A DNA stretch of 64,000 nucleotides from Bacillota bacterium (GCA_023410645.1 JAEYPQ010000030.1:11680-75679), one strand, 5' to 3'; positions 38,617 to 48,514 are shown, counted from the first letter of the stretch. Program-made: numbers and translations. The notes: generated from the sequence alone by a model not told the origin.

Positions 38617-39324
38617 ATGAAAGAAAATAAAGGAAATAGAAATATTAAATCAGGAATAATTGATTTAATAAAAAAATATTTTGAATTTTACAATACTAAT
38701 TTAAAAAGGAAGCATGCTGTTATATATATAATATCAATGATAATCTTTTTTATATTTCTTAGTTTTTTTATATCAAATATTGATGTAACACAAAATATAA
38801 ATAATATTTCACAAGATGCTGTAAGTCAAGAAAAAACTAGTATAATAAAAATGATATTTGAAGATAAAATTCCACTTGTACTTTTAATAATATTTGCTGG
38901 AATAACTCCATATATAAATGTTCCTGTTTTAGGAATATTTAGTTCATATAGTCTAGCTATTAGTATTGTAAATACATTTGGAAAAACTAATAATAATTTG
39001 AATTTAATTTTATCATCGTTTGGAAGCATATTAGAATTATTTGGTATAGCTTTATCAATAGCAACAGGTATATATTATTGCAGTCTATCAACAAAAAAAA
39101 GTAAATATAATAAAATGAGTCAACTTAATATGAATGATATAAAAAGAAATATTTATCAAATCACTAAAAACGATAAAAAGATAGATGAATTAGATAAAAA
39201 ATTAGAAGCAAAAAGAATTGAAAAAGAAAAATTTAATGTAAAAATTCCATATATCAACTTAATTATATCTGGCATAATAAGTATTATTATAGTTATTATA
39301 GGAACAATAATTTCGGGTATATAA
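38617..39324 (+). CDS. Polytopic membrane protein, possibly SpoIIM-like (DUF95)
   Basis: Multi-TM protein of ~235 aa with a charged C-proximal loop, similar in size and topology to stage II sporulation protein M. Occupies the slot after rnr where smpB is commonly found. Assignment is tentative. Confidence 0.3.
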   Translation: MKENKGNRNIKSGIIDLIKKYFEFYNTNLKRKHAVIYIISMIIFFIFLSFFISNIDVTQNINNISQDAVSQEKTSIIKMIFEDKIPLVLLIIFAGITPYINVPVLGIFSSYSLAISIVNTFGKTNNNLNLILSSFGSILELFGIALSIATGIYYCSLSTKKSKYNKMSQLNMNDIKRNIYQITKNDKKIDELDKKLEAKRIEKEKFNVKIPYINLIISGIISIIIVIIGTIISGI

Positions 39325-39337
39325 AATAGGAGGAACT

Positions 39338-39988
39338 ATGCGAGTAAGATTTAATCCGAATGCTAAAAATGAATTAAAAAACTTTGATAGATTTATAAGT
39401 AGTAAAGAAGAGCTGCAAGCATTATTAAAAAAAGATGAAAATAAAAATAAAAAGATATATATAGAAATTGGCATGGGAAAAGGTGACTTTATTTCAACTC
39501 TTGCAAGTTTAGATAAAGATAATATATATATTGGTATTGAATTAGTTGAGTCAATTTTAGCACTTGCAGTAAAAAAATTAAAAAGAAATGAAGAAACTAA
39601 TAATATAGAAATTAATAATTTATATTTTATGTCTTTTGATGCTGAGGAGTTATCAAAAATATTTGAAGAAAATCAGATAGAAAAAATATATTTAAATTTC
39701 AGTGATCCATGGCCAAAATCAAGACATGAGAAAAGAAGATTAACTTATAAAAGTTTCTTAGAAGAATATAAAAGGGTTTTGAAAAAGGATGGAATTATAG
39801 AATTTAAAACTGATAATAGAATATTATTTGAGTTTAGTTTAGTAAGTATGCAAAACTTTGGACTTGAATTTCTAGAGGTTTATTTAGATTTGCATAAATC
39901 AAATATATATAATGTAATGACTGAATATGAGGGAAAATTTTCAGAAAAAGGTCCAATATATAAATTAGTTTGTAAAATTAAAAAATAA
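39338..39988 (+). CDS. trmB: tRNA (guanine-N7)-methyltransferase
   Basis: SAM-binding IEIGMGKGDF and the conserved NFSDPWPK.RH.KRRL motif. 216 aa. Confidence 0.85.
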   Translation: MRVRFNPNAKNELKNFDRFISSKEELQALLKKDENKNKKIYIEIGMGKGDFISTLASLDKDNIYIGIELVESILALAVKKLKRNEETNNIEINNLYFMSFDAEELSKIFEENQIEKIYLNFSDPWPKSRHEKRRLTYKSFLEEYKRVLKKDGIIEFKTDNRILFEFSLVSMQNFGLEFLEVYLDLHKSNIYNVMTEYEGKFSEKGPIYKLVCKIKK

Positions 39989-40084
39989 TTAAAAAATTAT
40001 ATTAAACTGGTATAATTTTATATAAATTTTGCACAAAATATTGACAAAACCTTTAAAATATATTAAAATGTAAAGTACGTGATT

Positions 40085-40162
40085 GGTGGATATAGCACAG
40101 TCGGTTAGCGCGCCAGTTTGTGGCACTGGAGGTCATGGGTTCGAATCCCATTTTCCACCCCA
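40085..40162 (+). tRNA. tRNA-His (anticodon GTG) with extra 5' G(-1), CCA encoded
   Basis: Anticodon stem CCAGT/ACTGG with loop TTGTGGC. G-1 opposite C73 as expected for tRNA-His. T-arm ATGGG-TTCGAAT-CCCAT. One T:T mismatch in the acceptor stem (6-67) and an A:C in the D-stem by my reading. Confidence 0.65.
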
Positions 40163-40179
40163 TCACTTATTTGAATATT

Positions 40180-40253
40180 GGGCTGTCGCCAAGCGGTAAG
40201 GCACCAGACTTTGACTCTGGTATTCGTTGGTTCGAATCCAGCCAGCCCAGCCA
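40180..40253 (+). tRNA. tRNA-Gln (anticodon TTG), CCA encoded
   Basis: Acceptor TGGGCTG/CAGCCCA, anticodon stem CCAGA/TCTGG with loop CTTTGAC, T-loop TTCGAAT. Confidence 0.8.
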
Positions 40254-40415
40254 GATAAATTGACGAAAAGTCATTAATGAATAAAGCATATAGCTATGAA
40301 ATAGTTAGATGCTTTATTTTTTATTAAATAAATAATCTTCAAATTGATTATTGAATAAATTTTAATTTTAATATATAATTTTACTATATTTTAAACAAAT
40401 GATAGGAATGATAAA

Positions 40416-41747
40416 ATGTTGGATAGAATTAAAGTAGAACTAAAAGAGTTTACAAATTATTTTGTAACAAATATTAAAGAGTCTACACTTTTAACTGTTA
40501 AGTACATTGTTTATGGAATATATTTAATAATACTTACTGTGATAGCTAATAGATTTGATTTAGAGTCACTTACATATTTTAATGCTGTGCTGGTTTTAGT
40601 GTATTTTTCTGAGATGATAAGTTATGGTGTTTCATCTGGTATAAATATATATATTAATCAAAATATTGAAAACAAAGAGGTTGTAAAAAAATATATAAGT
40701 TTAGGTTTTTCAATGTGTTTAGTAATTGCAAGTTTATTTATTCTTTTATTATATTTTTCAAAAGAATTTATATTTAGTCAGATAATGAAAGTAAATGTTT
40801 ATGACAATTATCTATTTTTTGATATAATGCTTATAACAATTTTTCAAAACATAATCCTTAGATTTTTCTTAGATGTATTAAAGATTATTAAAGAATTCAA
40901 ATATCAGCTTATAATTACCTTCGTTGAAAGTGTATTAATACTTATTGGTATTTCTGCAGTTGGATACTTTCTTACTCAAAATATTTATGTAATAGCAGTA
41001 TCATACATAGTATCGTATGGGGTAATGCTTCCAATTATTTTATATATTTTAAAGAATAAAACCAAAAGAATAAGTTTTTCTTTTAAAGAAATAGTTAATT
41101 GTGTTCCTAAAATAAATATAAAAGAAGTATATACAATTTTAAGCATAGGATTAAAAGAGATTATATGGAATATTGGATATACACTAAGTGGAATAATATT
41201 GTTAAATAAAAGTGAAATATTATATAATTCATATTCGTATTATGAAAATATGTTAGATGTAGTAAATGGAGTATATTTTTCAATAATCACTGTTTGTAGT
41301 ATTGGAATTTGTAATGAACTAGGTAAAGGAAATTTTGCTAAAGCATATAAAAATTCAAAATACTCTATTATAATGTCAGTAATGATTTGGCTTTGTATGT
41401 TGTTAATATATATTTTATTTAAAGGATATATAATTTCAGGAATGAATATTGAAATACAGCAGATTGGTGAATATATTGCATTTGCATATTTATTAATACA
41501 ACTATTTAGATATATAGACTGGTTACTAAATTCATATATTTTAGTGCTAGGTGCCAATGTAAAATTACCAGTTATTCTTGATATATCTGGTTTGATATAT
41601 TTTAGTATATTACTTTATTTTGCAAAATATCTACCAAACAATCCGATAATCTTAATATTAATTGTTGGATCTGATTCAATTATAAAGAGTATTATAAATT
41701 TAATATATTTTAAAAGTAAGAAATGGATGAATACAATATCTGAATAA
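40416..41747 (+). CDS. 12-TM membrane protein of the MOP (MATE / polysaccharide-flippase) superfamily
   Basis: 443 aa, about 12 predicted TM helices in two 6-helix halves. No specific catalytic motif. Family assignment by topology only. Confidence 0.4.
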   Translation: MLDRIKVELKEFTNYFVTNIKESTLLTVKYIVYGIYLIILTVIANRFDLESLTYFNAVLVLVYFSEMISYGVSSGINIYINQNIENKEVVKKYISLGFSMCLVIASLFILLLYFSKEFIFSQIMKVNVYDNYLFFDIMLITIFQNIILRFFLDVLKIIKEFKYQLIITFVESVLILIGISAVGYFLTQNIYVIAVSYIVSYGVMLPIILYILKNKTKRISFSFKEIVNCVPKINIKEVYTILSIGLKEIIWNIGYTLSGIILLNKSEILYNSYSYYENMLDVVNGVYFSIITVCSIGICNELGKGNFAKAYKNSKYSIIMSVMIWLCMLLIYILFKGYIISGMNIEIQQIGEYIAFAYLLIQLFRYIDWLLNSYILVLGANVKLPVILDISGLIYFSILLYFAKYLPNNPIILILIVGSDSIIKSIINLIYFKSKKWMNTISE

Positions 41748-41749
41748 AG

Positions 41750-41778
41750 TTGACATAACCAATAAAGTGTGATATTAT
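41750..41778 (+). promoter_or_regulatory. Consensus-like sigma-A promoter TTGACA-17-TATTAT
   Basis: TTGACA at 41750-41755, TATTAT at 41773-41778, upstream of RBS TGGAGGT and the ATG at 41827. Confidence 0.5.
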
Positions 41779-41826
41779 ATATGAAACCTACTAACAATGC
41801 CTATAATTAATACTGGAGGTATAAAT

Positions 41827-42267
41827 ATGGAAACTAAAATTAGATCATATAAAAGAATTTGTTTATATCTGCTTCATGATGTGATTAAGAAATATATTGA
41901 GGATCCGGTATCTTTTAATGAGGGACTAAGACAGGCTATAATTGAAGAATTAAATGTCGATGAGACCACTGTAGATAACGTTTTACCATTTTATAAAAAT
42001 ATAATAAAAGATTTAGTAAAATATTATGATGTGGAAGATTTAGAGACTGATTTATCATATGAAAAATATCTAAATGAAGCATATTGTGATAATATGTCAG
42101 AGCACAAGCATGCATTGATGGATTTACAATCAGAGGATATACTTCCTAAAATTACTGAATCGATTACACTTTCTAGTTCCGATAAAGATATAATAAATAT
42201 TATATGTAGTCTTTGTGGAAATATTGTAAAATGTAAAGTATGTATGAATATGAAAAGCCTAGTTTAG
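41827..42267 (+). CDS. Hypothetical cytoplasmic protein (146 aa) with C-terminal Cys cluster
   Basis: ATG 41827 is 7 nt after GGAGGT; the six-frame ORF opens at 41797. C-terminus CSLCGNIVKCKVC suggests a small metal-binding knuckle. Confidence 0.4.
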   Translation: METKIRSYKRICLYLLHDVIKKYIEDPVSFNEGLRQAIIEELNVDETTVDNVLPFYKNIIKDLVKYYDVEDLETDLSYEKYLNEAYCDNMSEHKHALMDLQSEDILPKITESITLSSSDKDIINIICSLCGNIVKCKVCMNMKSLV

Positions 42268-42358
42268 GCTTTTCTTTTTTTGATATTATGAAAACATATT
42301 TACTTTTTATAATTATATAGTATAATATGAATGATATATTATTTTAGGAGGAAAATAT

Positions 42359-42985
42359 ATGAATAAAAAATTAGGAATAATATTAATTGTAAGCTCAATA
42401 TTATATATATTAGCTGTTATTATTGGTGGTGCGTTAAAAGAAAATTATAGTCATATATATAATTCAATAAGTGAGCTTTCTTTAGTTGGAACAAAGAGAA
42501 TCTTTATAGTAGAATTATTATTTACAATATATAATTCATTACTTATTATATATTCTATTGTAACTTTAGCCAAGGGGAAATCCCTAAGAAAAATAGAAAA
42601 GGTAATTGTATCTTTAATTGGAGTATGTGCTATTGCAGGTATTATATCAATAATATTTCCACAAGAGCCAAGAGATGCTACTGTAACTATATCAGGAATT
42701 ATGCATCTTATTTCAGCTGGTATATCTGCAGTTACAACAATGTTGACTGCAATACTTACATATGTATGTTATATAAAAAATAAAGATACAAAACCATATG
42801 CAATATATTCTATTATAACTTTTATAATCATTTTCATATTTGGTGCAACAGGACCAATGATGATAAGTACTGGTATAGATGGAATATTTGGAGTAGTTGA
42901 GAGAATTACAATTGGTGCTTTTATGATATGGTTAATTGTAACTGGTATTCAACAATATAAGAATAAAATTTTTCTAAAACAATAA
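42359..42985 (+). CDS. Polytopic membrane protein (208 aa), function unknown
   Basis: RBS AGGAGG before the ATG. Six predicted TM helices. Confidence 0.4.
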   Translation: MNKKLGIILIVSSILYILAVIIGGALKENYSHIYNSISELSLVGTKRIFIVELLFTIYNSLLIIYSIVTLAKGKSLRKIEKVIVSLIGVCAIAGIISIIFPQEPRDATVTISGIMHLISAGISAVTTMLTAILTYVCYIKNKDTKPYAIYSIITFIIIFIFGATGPMMISTGIDGIFGVVERITIGAFMIWLIVTGIQQYKNKIFLKQ

Positions 42986-43081
42986 TGGATAAATATTAAT
43001 TTTATTAATATTTACCATTTAATTGAAAAATATGTTATAAAGGTGTATAATTTTCATATGTATTTTTTTAGGAGGTATTTT

Positions 43082-43501
43082 ATGAAAGTAAAAAATATTG
43101 GTACAAAATATGTTATAAGATTAGATAAAGGCGAAGATGTAATAGAATCTCTAAAAGATATTTGTAAGAATAATAATATAAAACTTGCAAGTATTTCTGG
43201 AATTGGAGCTGCAAATAAAGTAACACTTGGTCTTTTTAATACAACTGAGAAGAAATATTATTCTAAAGATCTAGAAGGTACTTTTGAAATAACTAGTTTA
43301 ATTGGAAATGTATCTACAATGAATGATGAAGTGTATTTACATATTCATTGTAATGTTTCAGATGCTGATTTGACAGTATACGGTGGCCATCTAAACTATT
43401 GTAGAATTAGTGCAACATGTGAAATTATATTAGATACAATTGATTCAACTGTTGATAGATATTTTGATGAAGAAATTGGATTAAATTTATTTAAATTATA
43501 A
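43082..43501 (+). CDS. PPC-domain (DUF296) protein
   Basis: ATG 43082 follows AGGAGGT; the six-frame ORF opens at 43043. Motifs ISGIGA...LGLF, GNVS...VYLHIH and GGHL match the PCC/DUF296 fold as recalled. Confidence 0.5.
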   Translation: MKVKNIGTKYVIRLDKGEDVIESLKDICKNNNIKLASISGIGAANKVTLGLFNTTEKKYYSKDLEGTFEITSLIGNVSTMNDEVYLHIHCNVSDADLTVYGGHLNYCRISATCEIILDTIDSTVDRYFDEEIGLNLFKL

Positions 43502-43507
43502 TAAAAA

Positions 43508-43549
43508 ATACTTGAAGTATGAAAATTAAATACTTCAAGTATTTTTTTA
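43508..43549 (+). terminator. Rho-independent terminator
   Basis: ATACTTGAAGTAT - loop - ATACTTCAAGTAT perfect 13-bp stem followed by TTTTTTT. Confidence 0.75.
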
Positions 43550-43610
43550 TTTCTACAAGTAGTAAACTTAATCAATAAAAATTAATATAATAAAAGTAGA
43601 GGTGTTTAAA

Positions 43611-43679
43611 ATGGAAGATCAAATTGATGTAATGGACATTCAAGGTGTCGAAATGGAAAGCGCAGAGAGCGAGGGATAG
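43611..43679 (+). CDS. Candidate 22-codon acidic micro-ORF (MEDQIDVMDIQGVEMESAESEG) coupled to the downstream lysin gene
   Basis: ATG is 6 nt after AGAGGTG. Its stop TAG lies 2 nt before the ATG of the M23 gene, and its last codons form that gene's RBS (GAGGGA). The ORF is locally GC-richer. Below the ORF-track size cut-off. Confidence 0.2.
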   Translation: MEDQIDVMDIQGVEMESAESEG

Positions 43680-43681
43680 AT

Positions 43682-44389
43682 ATGGCATATATAACTAAAT
43701 TACCATTTGAAGGAGTATTTAAGGTAACGTATCCCTATGGTGTAAAAGATTCAAACTATAAATCAGGGTATCATCAAGGAATAGACATGGGAAATTCACA
43801 AAGACCAGAAGTATACTCTATTAATACTGGAGTGGTATCTTATGCAGGATGGGAGAATATAAACAATAAAAGTCAAGGATTTGGCCTTTATGTATCAGTT
43901 AAATTTGATGTAACATCTGCTGGATATAAGAAAGTATTTTATGGACATTTAAATGAATTAAGGGTTAAGGTTGGTCAGCAAGTTAGTAATCCAACAATAC
44001 TTGGTATAATGGGAAGTACTGGCTTTAGTACAGGACCTCATACACATGTTGAAATTAGAGAGTATGATAGCAATAATAATATTATTAAAATTTTAAATCC
44101 AGCTTCATATATGGGAGTTCCAAATGTTGTAGGAACTTATGATAGTGCAAATTATAGAATAGAATTAGGAAATAATTCAAAATACACTACAGGAAGATAT
44201 AAAGTAACTGCAAAAGAAGGATTAAATGTAAGAAGTGGTCCAGGAACTCAAAATGGAAAAATCTCAAATGCAAGATTTCCAAATGGTGCTTATCCATACG
44301 GTCAAGTATTTGACGTATTTGAAGTAAAAGGTAATTGGGGAAGAACACCAAGTGGATGGGTAAGCCTTGATTATAGTTCAAAAATGTAG
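43682..44389 (+). CDS. M23 peptidase with C-terminal SH3b-like domain, no signal peptide (lysostaphin/endolysin-like)
   Basis: M23 motifs YHQGIDMG, YGHLNE and GPHTHVEI. The C-terminal ~70 aa (RYKVTAKEGLNVRSGPGTQNGKI...GWVSLDY) matches the SH3b cell-wall-binding pattern. No N-terminal hydrophobic segment. Confidence 0.7.
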   Translation: MAYITKLPFEGVFKVTYPYGVKDSNYKSGYHQGIDMGNSQRPEVYSINTGVVSYAGWENINNKSQGFGLYVSVKFDVTSAGYKKVFYGHLNELRVKVGQQVSNPTILGIMGSTGFSTGPHTHVEIREYDSNNNIIKILNPASYMGVPNVVGTYDSANYRIELGNNSKYTTGRYKVTAKEGLNVRSGPGTQNGKISNARFPNGAYPYGQVFDVFEVKGNWGRTPSGWVSLDYSSKM

Positions 44390-44554
44390 AAATTTAAATT
44401 TCTACATTTTTTTATTGAAATTTAACTAAAAACTGATAAATATAAATGATTGTTGACATAAAAGCAAAAATATTGTATAATATATATTAGATTTTTATAT
44501 GTAAGTTATACAATTGTTAACTTTTTGATTATTAAAAAATAGGAGGATTAAAAA

Positions 44555-46219
44555 ATGAAAAGATTAAAGATTCTAGTTATGGTAATGTTGGTAGCAGTTC
44601 TTATTTCCCAGCCAATTTTTGCTGAAGCACAGACAATCTATTATGGCGAGGAGGGCGTTGATGAACGGTCAGGAATCACATGGTTTCAAAATCCCAATGT
44701 AAGTGAGACTATTGGACAATGTATAACAGCAAATGAGCTAATCAGAGAGCAAATAGTGGCAGATAATGGCGGAACTATTACACGCAAATCTATTTCAAAA
44801 TTTGATGATGCTAATGATCTGACTTCTAAAGAACGCGAATATGCAGAAAGAGCATATTCACTTGGCGCATTATTTACTCAATCCAATAGAATAAATTGGG
44901 ATAGCCCGATAACAAAAGGTAAGGCAGCACAAATCAATTATGTATATGGAAAGAAAGTATTTAAATTTAGCTATATATACGGAAGTAAAACATTCACAGA
45001 TATCAGTAAAAAGAGTACTTTATACACACCAGCAGTATACTCATATAGAACTGGAATATTAAAGGCTCCTGGAACTAAATTTGTACCAAATTCTAATTAT
45101 ACAATTGGAAAAGGACTTGAAATAAGATATAGATATTTGGTATCCAGTGATCTTGTTAAAGAAGAGTATATAAAGAGTGCATACGAGGAAATTTTTAATT
45201 GTACTTTTGATAATTATGATGATTCAACACCATCTATACCATCAACACCATCAAGCACAGATACAATAATACAGGTTGGTGGATATTTCGTATCGTATAT
45301 GCCTGACAACAGAGATTATGAATTTTCTATTGTAGATAATAATATAGCATATATATCTGAAATATCATATAATGCCAATTATAATAAGGTAGCAACAGTA
45401 AAGGGACTTAATCCTGGAACAACAACGTTAGAGATAAGTTATAATAGCAAAGTTGTCTCAAGAATAAAAATAACTGTAAAATCAAAAGTGGATTATTTAC
45501 AGATATATGATTTTCAGTTAAAAGTTGGAGAAAGTCAAAAAATATATCCGAATTATAATTGGACTAGTGATACTCCAGTTTTTAAATGGAGTAGTAGTAA
45601 TACAAAAGTAGCTACAGTTGATCAAAACGGTAATATTGCTGCCAAGTCAGTAGGAACGGCGAAAATAAAAGTTGTAGCTAATGATTTAGTAGAAGCTACC
45701 TGTACTGTAACAGTATATAATAATTACTCAAGTATAACTTTATCTAATACAAATGTAACTATGAATATATACAATTACTTTACTTTAAGTGCACAAACAT
45801 ATCCGAATAATCAAAGTGTTTATTGGAGATCCACTAATGAAAGTATACTCACCGTGGATTCAAATGGTGGCGTTTATGCTGTAGGGTACGGTACTGCTGA
45901 GATAATTGCAACATCCGCTTATGGTGATTCAGCAAAGTGTAAATTCAATATTAATCCTGATTATAATAGCTTAAGAGATATTTGGATAATATCAGATTTC
46001 ACTACAATATACACTGGTGAGCAAAAATATTTGGATTATGGAACTGATCCTGGTTATGTACCGAATTTAGTTGTTAGCTGGTATAGTAGTGATAATACTA
46101 TTGCCACAGTTGATAAAAATGGTAAGGTTACAGCCAAGAATACTGGTAATGTGACCATAACGTGTGTCTCAACTAATGGTAAATCAGATACCATAAATAT
46201 AACTGTAAAAAAGAGATAA
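44555..46219 (+). CDS. Secreted protein with C-terminal tandem bacterial Ig-like (Big_2) domains
   Basis: Signal peptide MKRLKILVMVMLVAVLISQPIFAEA. Three Big_2-like repeats of the form VATVD.NG.V.A...GTA.I. Strong RBS AGGAGG. Confidence 0.55.
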   Translation: MKRLKILVMVMLVAVLISQPIFAEAQTIYYGEEGVDERSGITWFQNPNVSETIGQCITANELIREQIVADNGGTITRKSISKFDDANDLTSKEREYAERAYSLGALFTQSNRINWDSPITKGKAAQINYVYGKKVFKFSYIYGSKTFTDISKKSTLYTPAVYSYRTGILKAPGTKFVPNSNYTIGKGLEIRYRYLVSSDLVKEEYIKSAYEEIFNCTFDNYDDSTPSIPSTPSSTDTIIQVGGYFVSYMPDNRDYEFSIVDNNIAYISEISYNANYNKVATVKGLNPGTTTLEISYNSKVVSRIKITVKSKVDYLQIYDFQLKVGESQKIYPNYNWTSDTPVFKWSSSNTKVATVDQNGNIAAKSVGTAKIKVVANDLVEATCTVTVYNNYSSITLSNTNVTMNIYNYFTLSAQTYPNNQSVYWRSTNESILTVDSNGGVYAVGYGTAEIIATSAYGDSAKCKFNINPDYNSLRDIWIISDFTTIYTGEQKYLDYGTDPGYVPNLVVSWYSSDNTIATVDKNGKVTAKNTGNVTITCVSTNGKSDTINITVKKR

Positions 46220-46236
46220 TATATGTCATCTTGGAG

Positions 46237-46266
46237 AAGGGTTGCAAAATTGCAACCTTTTTTCCG
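46237..46266 (+). terminator. Rho-independent terminator after the Big_2 protein gene
   Basis: GGTTGC-AAAATT-GCAACC followed by TTTTTT. Confidence 0.6.
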
Positions 46267-46359
46267 TTTATAATTATAACAAATAAATCTCTAACTATTG
46301 AAAAATATATCAAAAAAGTGTATAATAATAAAATAAAATTTATGTTTGAGGTGATAAGA

Positions 46360-46848
46360 TTGTTAATTGATGTAGAAAAAATGAGAATGCTAAAAACTGA
46401 CAATCCTAACATGAAATTTAAACTAATAAAGCAAAATTTAGAACGCTTTTTTAGAGATTATATATATTACTATAATGTTTATGATAGAACAGAGTTAATA
46501 ATTGATGCAGGATACCTTCCATATCATTATTTGGATGTAGAAGTAATAAATAAGATTATATCACTTTTAGAAGAAGAACTTGGATATTCCATAATTATTA
46601 TGAAAATATCGAATACGGATCAAATTGGATATAAAAAAGGAGATTTGATAAATATAAGATTATTTGATAGAAAGACTACTACAGCAAAAGAAGTAGATGA
46701 CTATTTTAATTTGAAAATGTTTCAACCACTTTACTCGTCTCTTCATAATTATTGTAATATAAATGGAGATGTGAAAACAGATTCTTATGTTTCATGTTTA
46801 AGTAATGAAAATGGTTTTTTATTAAGTCAGAGTGAAAAGTTAAACTAA
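46360..46848 (+). CDS. Hypothetical protein (about 162 aa)
   Basis: The six-frame ORF opens at 46231 inside the upstream terminator. More plausible start is TTG 46360, 6 nt after GAGGTG and downstream of the promoter TTGAAA(46298)-17-TATAAT(46321). No motif recognised. Confidence 0.3.
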   Translation: MLIDVEKMRMLKTDNPNMKFKLIKQNLERFFRDYIYYYNVYDRTELIIDAGYLPYHYLDVEVINKIISLLEEELGYSIIIMKISNTDQIGYKKGDLINIRLFDRKTTTAKEVDDYFNLKMFQPLYSSLHNYCNINGDVKTDSYVSCLSNENGFLLSQSEKLN

Positions 46849-46857
46849 GGAGAAAAT

Positions 46858-47484
46858 ATGAAAAGAATAAAAATACTACTTGTAATTTTACCAATAATAT
46901 TATTTATATTACTTGCTATATGCATTAAAGCAGGAACAATTTTGAATATTGAAGAAAATTTTTATTTTGAATTAATTGAAAATAAAACTGATGCTTTTAC
47001 TGCAATAATGAAAATAATTACTCATCTAGGTGATCCAATATCAATAATACTAATATGTTTTGCATTATTTATATTTAGTAAAACTAGAATAAAGTTTGCA
47101 ATTCCATTGTCAATTACCATTATTGTGTCAGCTATATCAAATATTTTCTTAAAAGAAATTTTTGCAAGAGAAAGACCAGATATTTTAAGGCTGGTTAATG
47201 AATCAAGTTATAGTTTTCCTAGTGGACATGCAATGACAAACTCTGCATTGTATATGATGGCAATTTTACTTGTAAATGTATATATAAGAAATAACAAATT
47301 TAAAATACCATTAATCATTTTATTTACTATTATTCCTATTATAATTGGAATTAGTAGGGTATATTTAGGAGTGCATTATATAGGGGATGTAATAGGTGGA
47401 TTTTTACTTGGAATTACAGTTTCTATTATAGCATATGCATATTGGAAAAAAGTTTATATAGATAAAAAGCATGAAAGTATATAA
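46858..47484 (+). CDS. PAP2-family membrane phosphatase (undecaprenyl-diphosphatase / PgpB-like)
   Basis: The three PAP2 motifs: KEIFARERP, PSGH and SRVYLGVHYIGDV. Polytopic membrane protein of 208 aa. Confidence 0.75.
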   Translation: MKRIKILLVILPIILFILLAICIKAGTILNIEENFYFELIENKTDAFTAIMKIITHLGDPISIILICFALFIFSKTRIKFAIPLSITIIVSAISNIFLKEIFARERPDILRLVNESSYSFPSGHAMTNSALYMMAILLVNVYIRNNKFKIPLIILFTIIPIIIGISRVYLGVHYIGDVIGGFLLGITVSIIAYAYWKKVYIDKKHESI

Positions 47485-47512
47485 TAGATGATCTATTTTA
47501 TACTTTATATAT

Positions 47513-47588
47513 TGGGGTATAGCCAAGCGGTAAGGCATCAGACTCTGAATCTGACATTTCGCTGGTTCGAATCCAGCTACCCCAGCCA
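47513..47588 (+). tRNA. tRNA-Gln (anticodon CTG), CCA encoded
   Basis: Acceptor TGGGGTA/TACCCCA, anticodon stem TCAGA/TCTGA with loop CTCTGAA, T-loop TTCGAAT. Confidence 0.8.
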
Positions 47589-47809
47589 AATAAATATAAA
47601 AATCCAATTACAGTATAAATAGTTACATGAAAGTTAAAAAATAGCATTTGCTATTTTTTTTTGCCATAATTAATTAAAATATTGATTAAGATATTATATT
47701 AATTGATTTTTAATGTAATATTTTGTCGAATATTGACATTTTTTGCATATTATAGTACAATAATATTATTATGTATACTTAGCTTTAAATAATAAATTTA
47801 TTTGAAAGG

Positions 47810-48514
47810 ATGATAATTATTAGTACAAAAATTTCAATGCCAGTGAAGGGAATTATAGCTATTAGGTTACTAATGGACTATGACATTTCAAGAAGAAGGA
47901 GGTTAAGAGAAAATTTCTATGAATTAACAGGTGAATTTTTACAATGCAGTGACCTTAAAATGGTTATATTAGAGTATTTCAACAATTGTCCAGGTAAATT
48001 AAAAGACATTTCTGAAGTTATTGAAAATAATAAGTTATTGCCCAAAAATCATATTGCAGATAGGAAGGTCTTAAAACGGATTCAACATGTAAAATCAAAT
48101 GGTGATATAATTAAAGGTATGGTCATATTAACTATTTTGCAGTATGAAGATATAAAAACAATACCAAGGTTAAAGGATAGAATATATTATTATCTTAATA
48201 CTAGTATAGAATGTAACACCGCCGAAAAATATGTATTTGAGTATTTAAACTCAATACAATATTCACGAAGAATTGAATTATTAAACTTTTTAGCAGAACA
48301 AAATCTATTTCCTTCATTTATTATTGCAAAGAAGATAGTACAGTCAAAACTTGAAAAATCTGATTTTTGCAAATTAAATAAAGTATCGTATGATAAATAC
48401 GAAATGGCGGAAAAATTACTCTATTTGTCTTATTACGCTAAAATACTCTCTATAATTGCAGAATTAGATAATAGGGAGCATTTTAGGCCAAAACTGGTAA
48501 AACAATATACTTAA
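47810..48514 (+). CDS. Hypothetical protein (up to 234 aa; start uncertain)
   Basis: Preceded by the promoter TTGACA-17-TACAAT (about 47722-47750). No recognisable domain. A hairpin plus T-run follows at about 48549-48585. Confidence 0.35.
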   Translation: MIIISTKISMPVKGIIAIRLLMDYDISRRRRLRENFYELTGEFLQCSDLKMVILEYFNNCPGKLKDISEVIENNKLLPKNHIADRKVLKRIQHVKSNGDIIKGMVILTILQYEDIKTIPRLKDRIYYYLNTSIECNTAEKYVFEYLNSIQYSRRIELLNFLAEQNLFPSFIIAKKIVQSKLEKSDFCKLNKVSYDKYEMAEKLLYLSYYAKILSIIAELDNREHFRPKLVKQYT

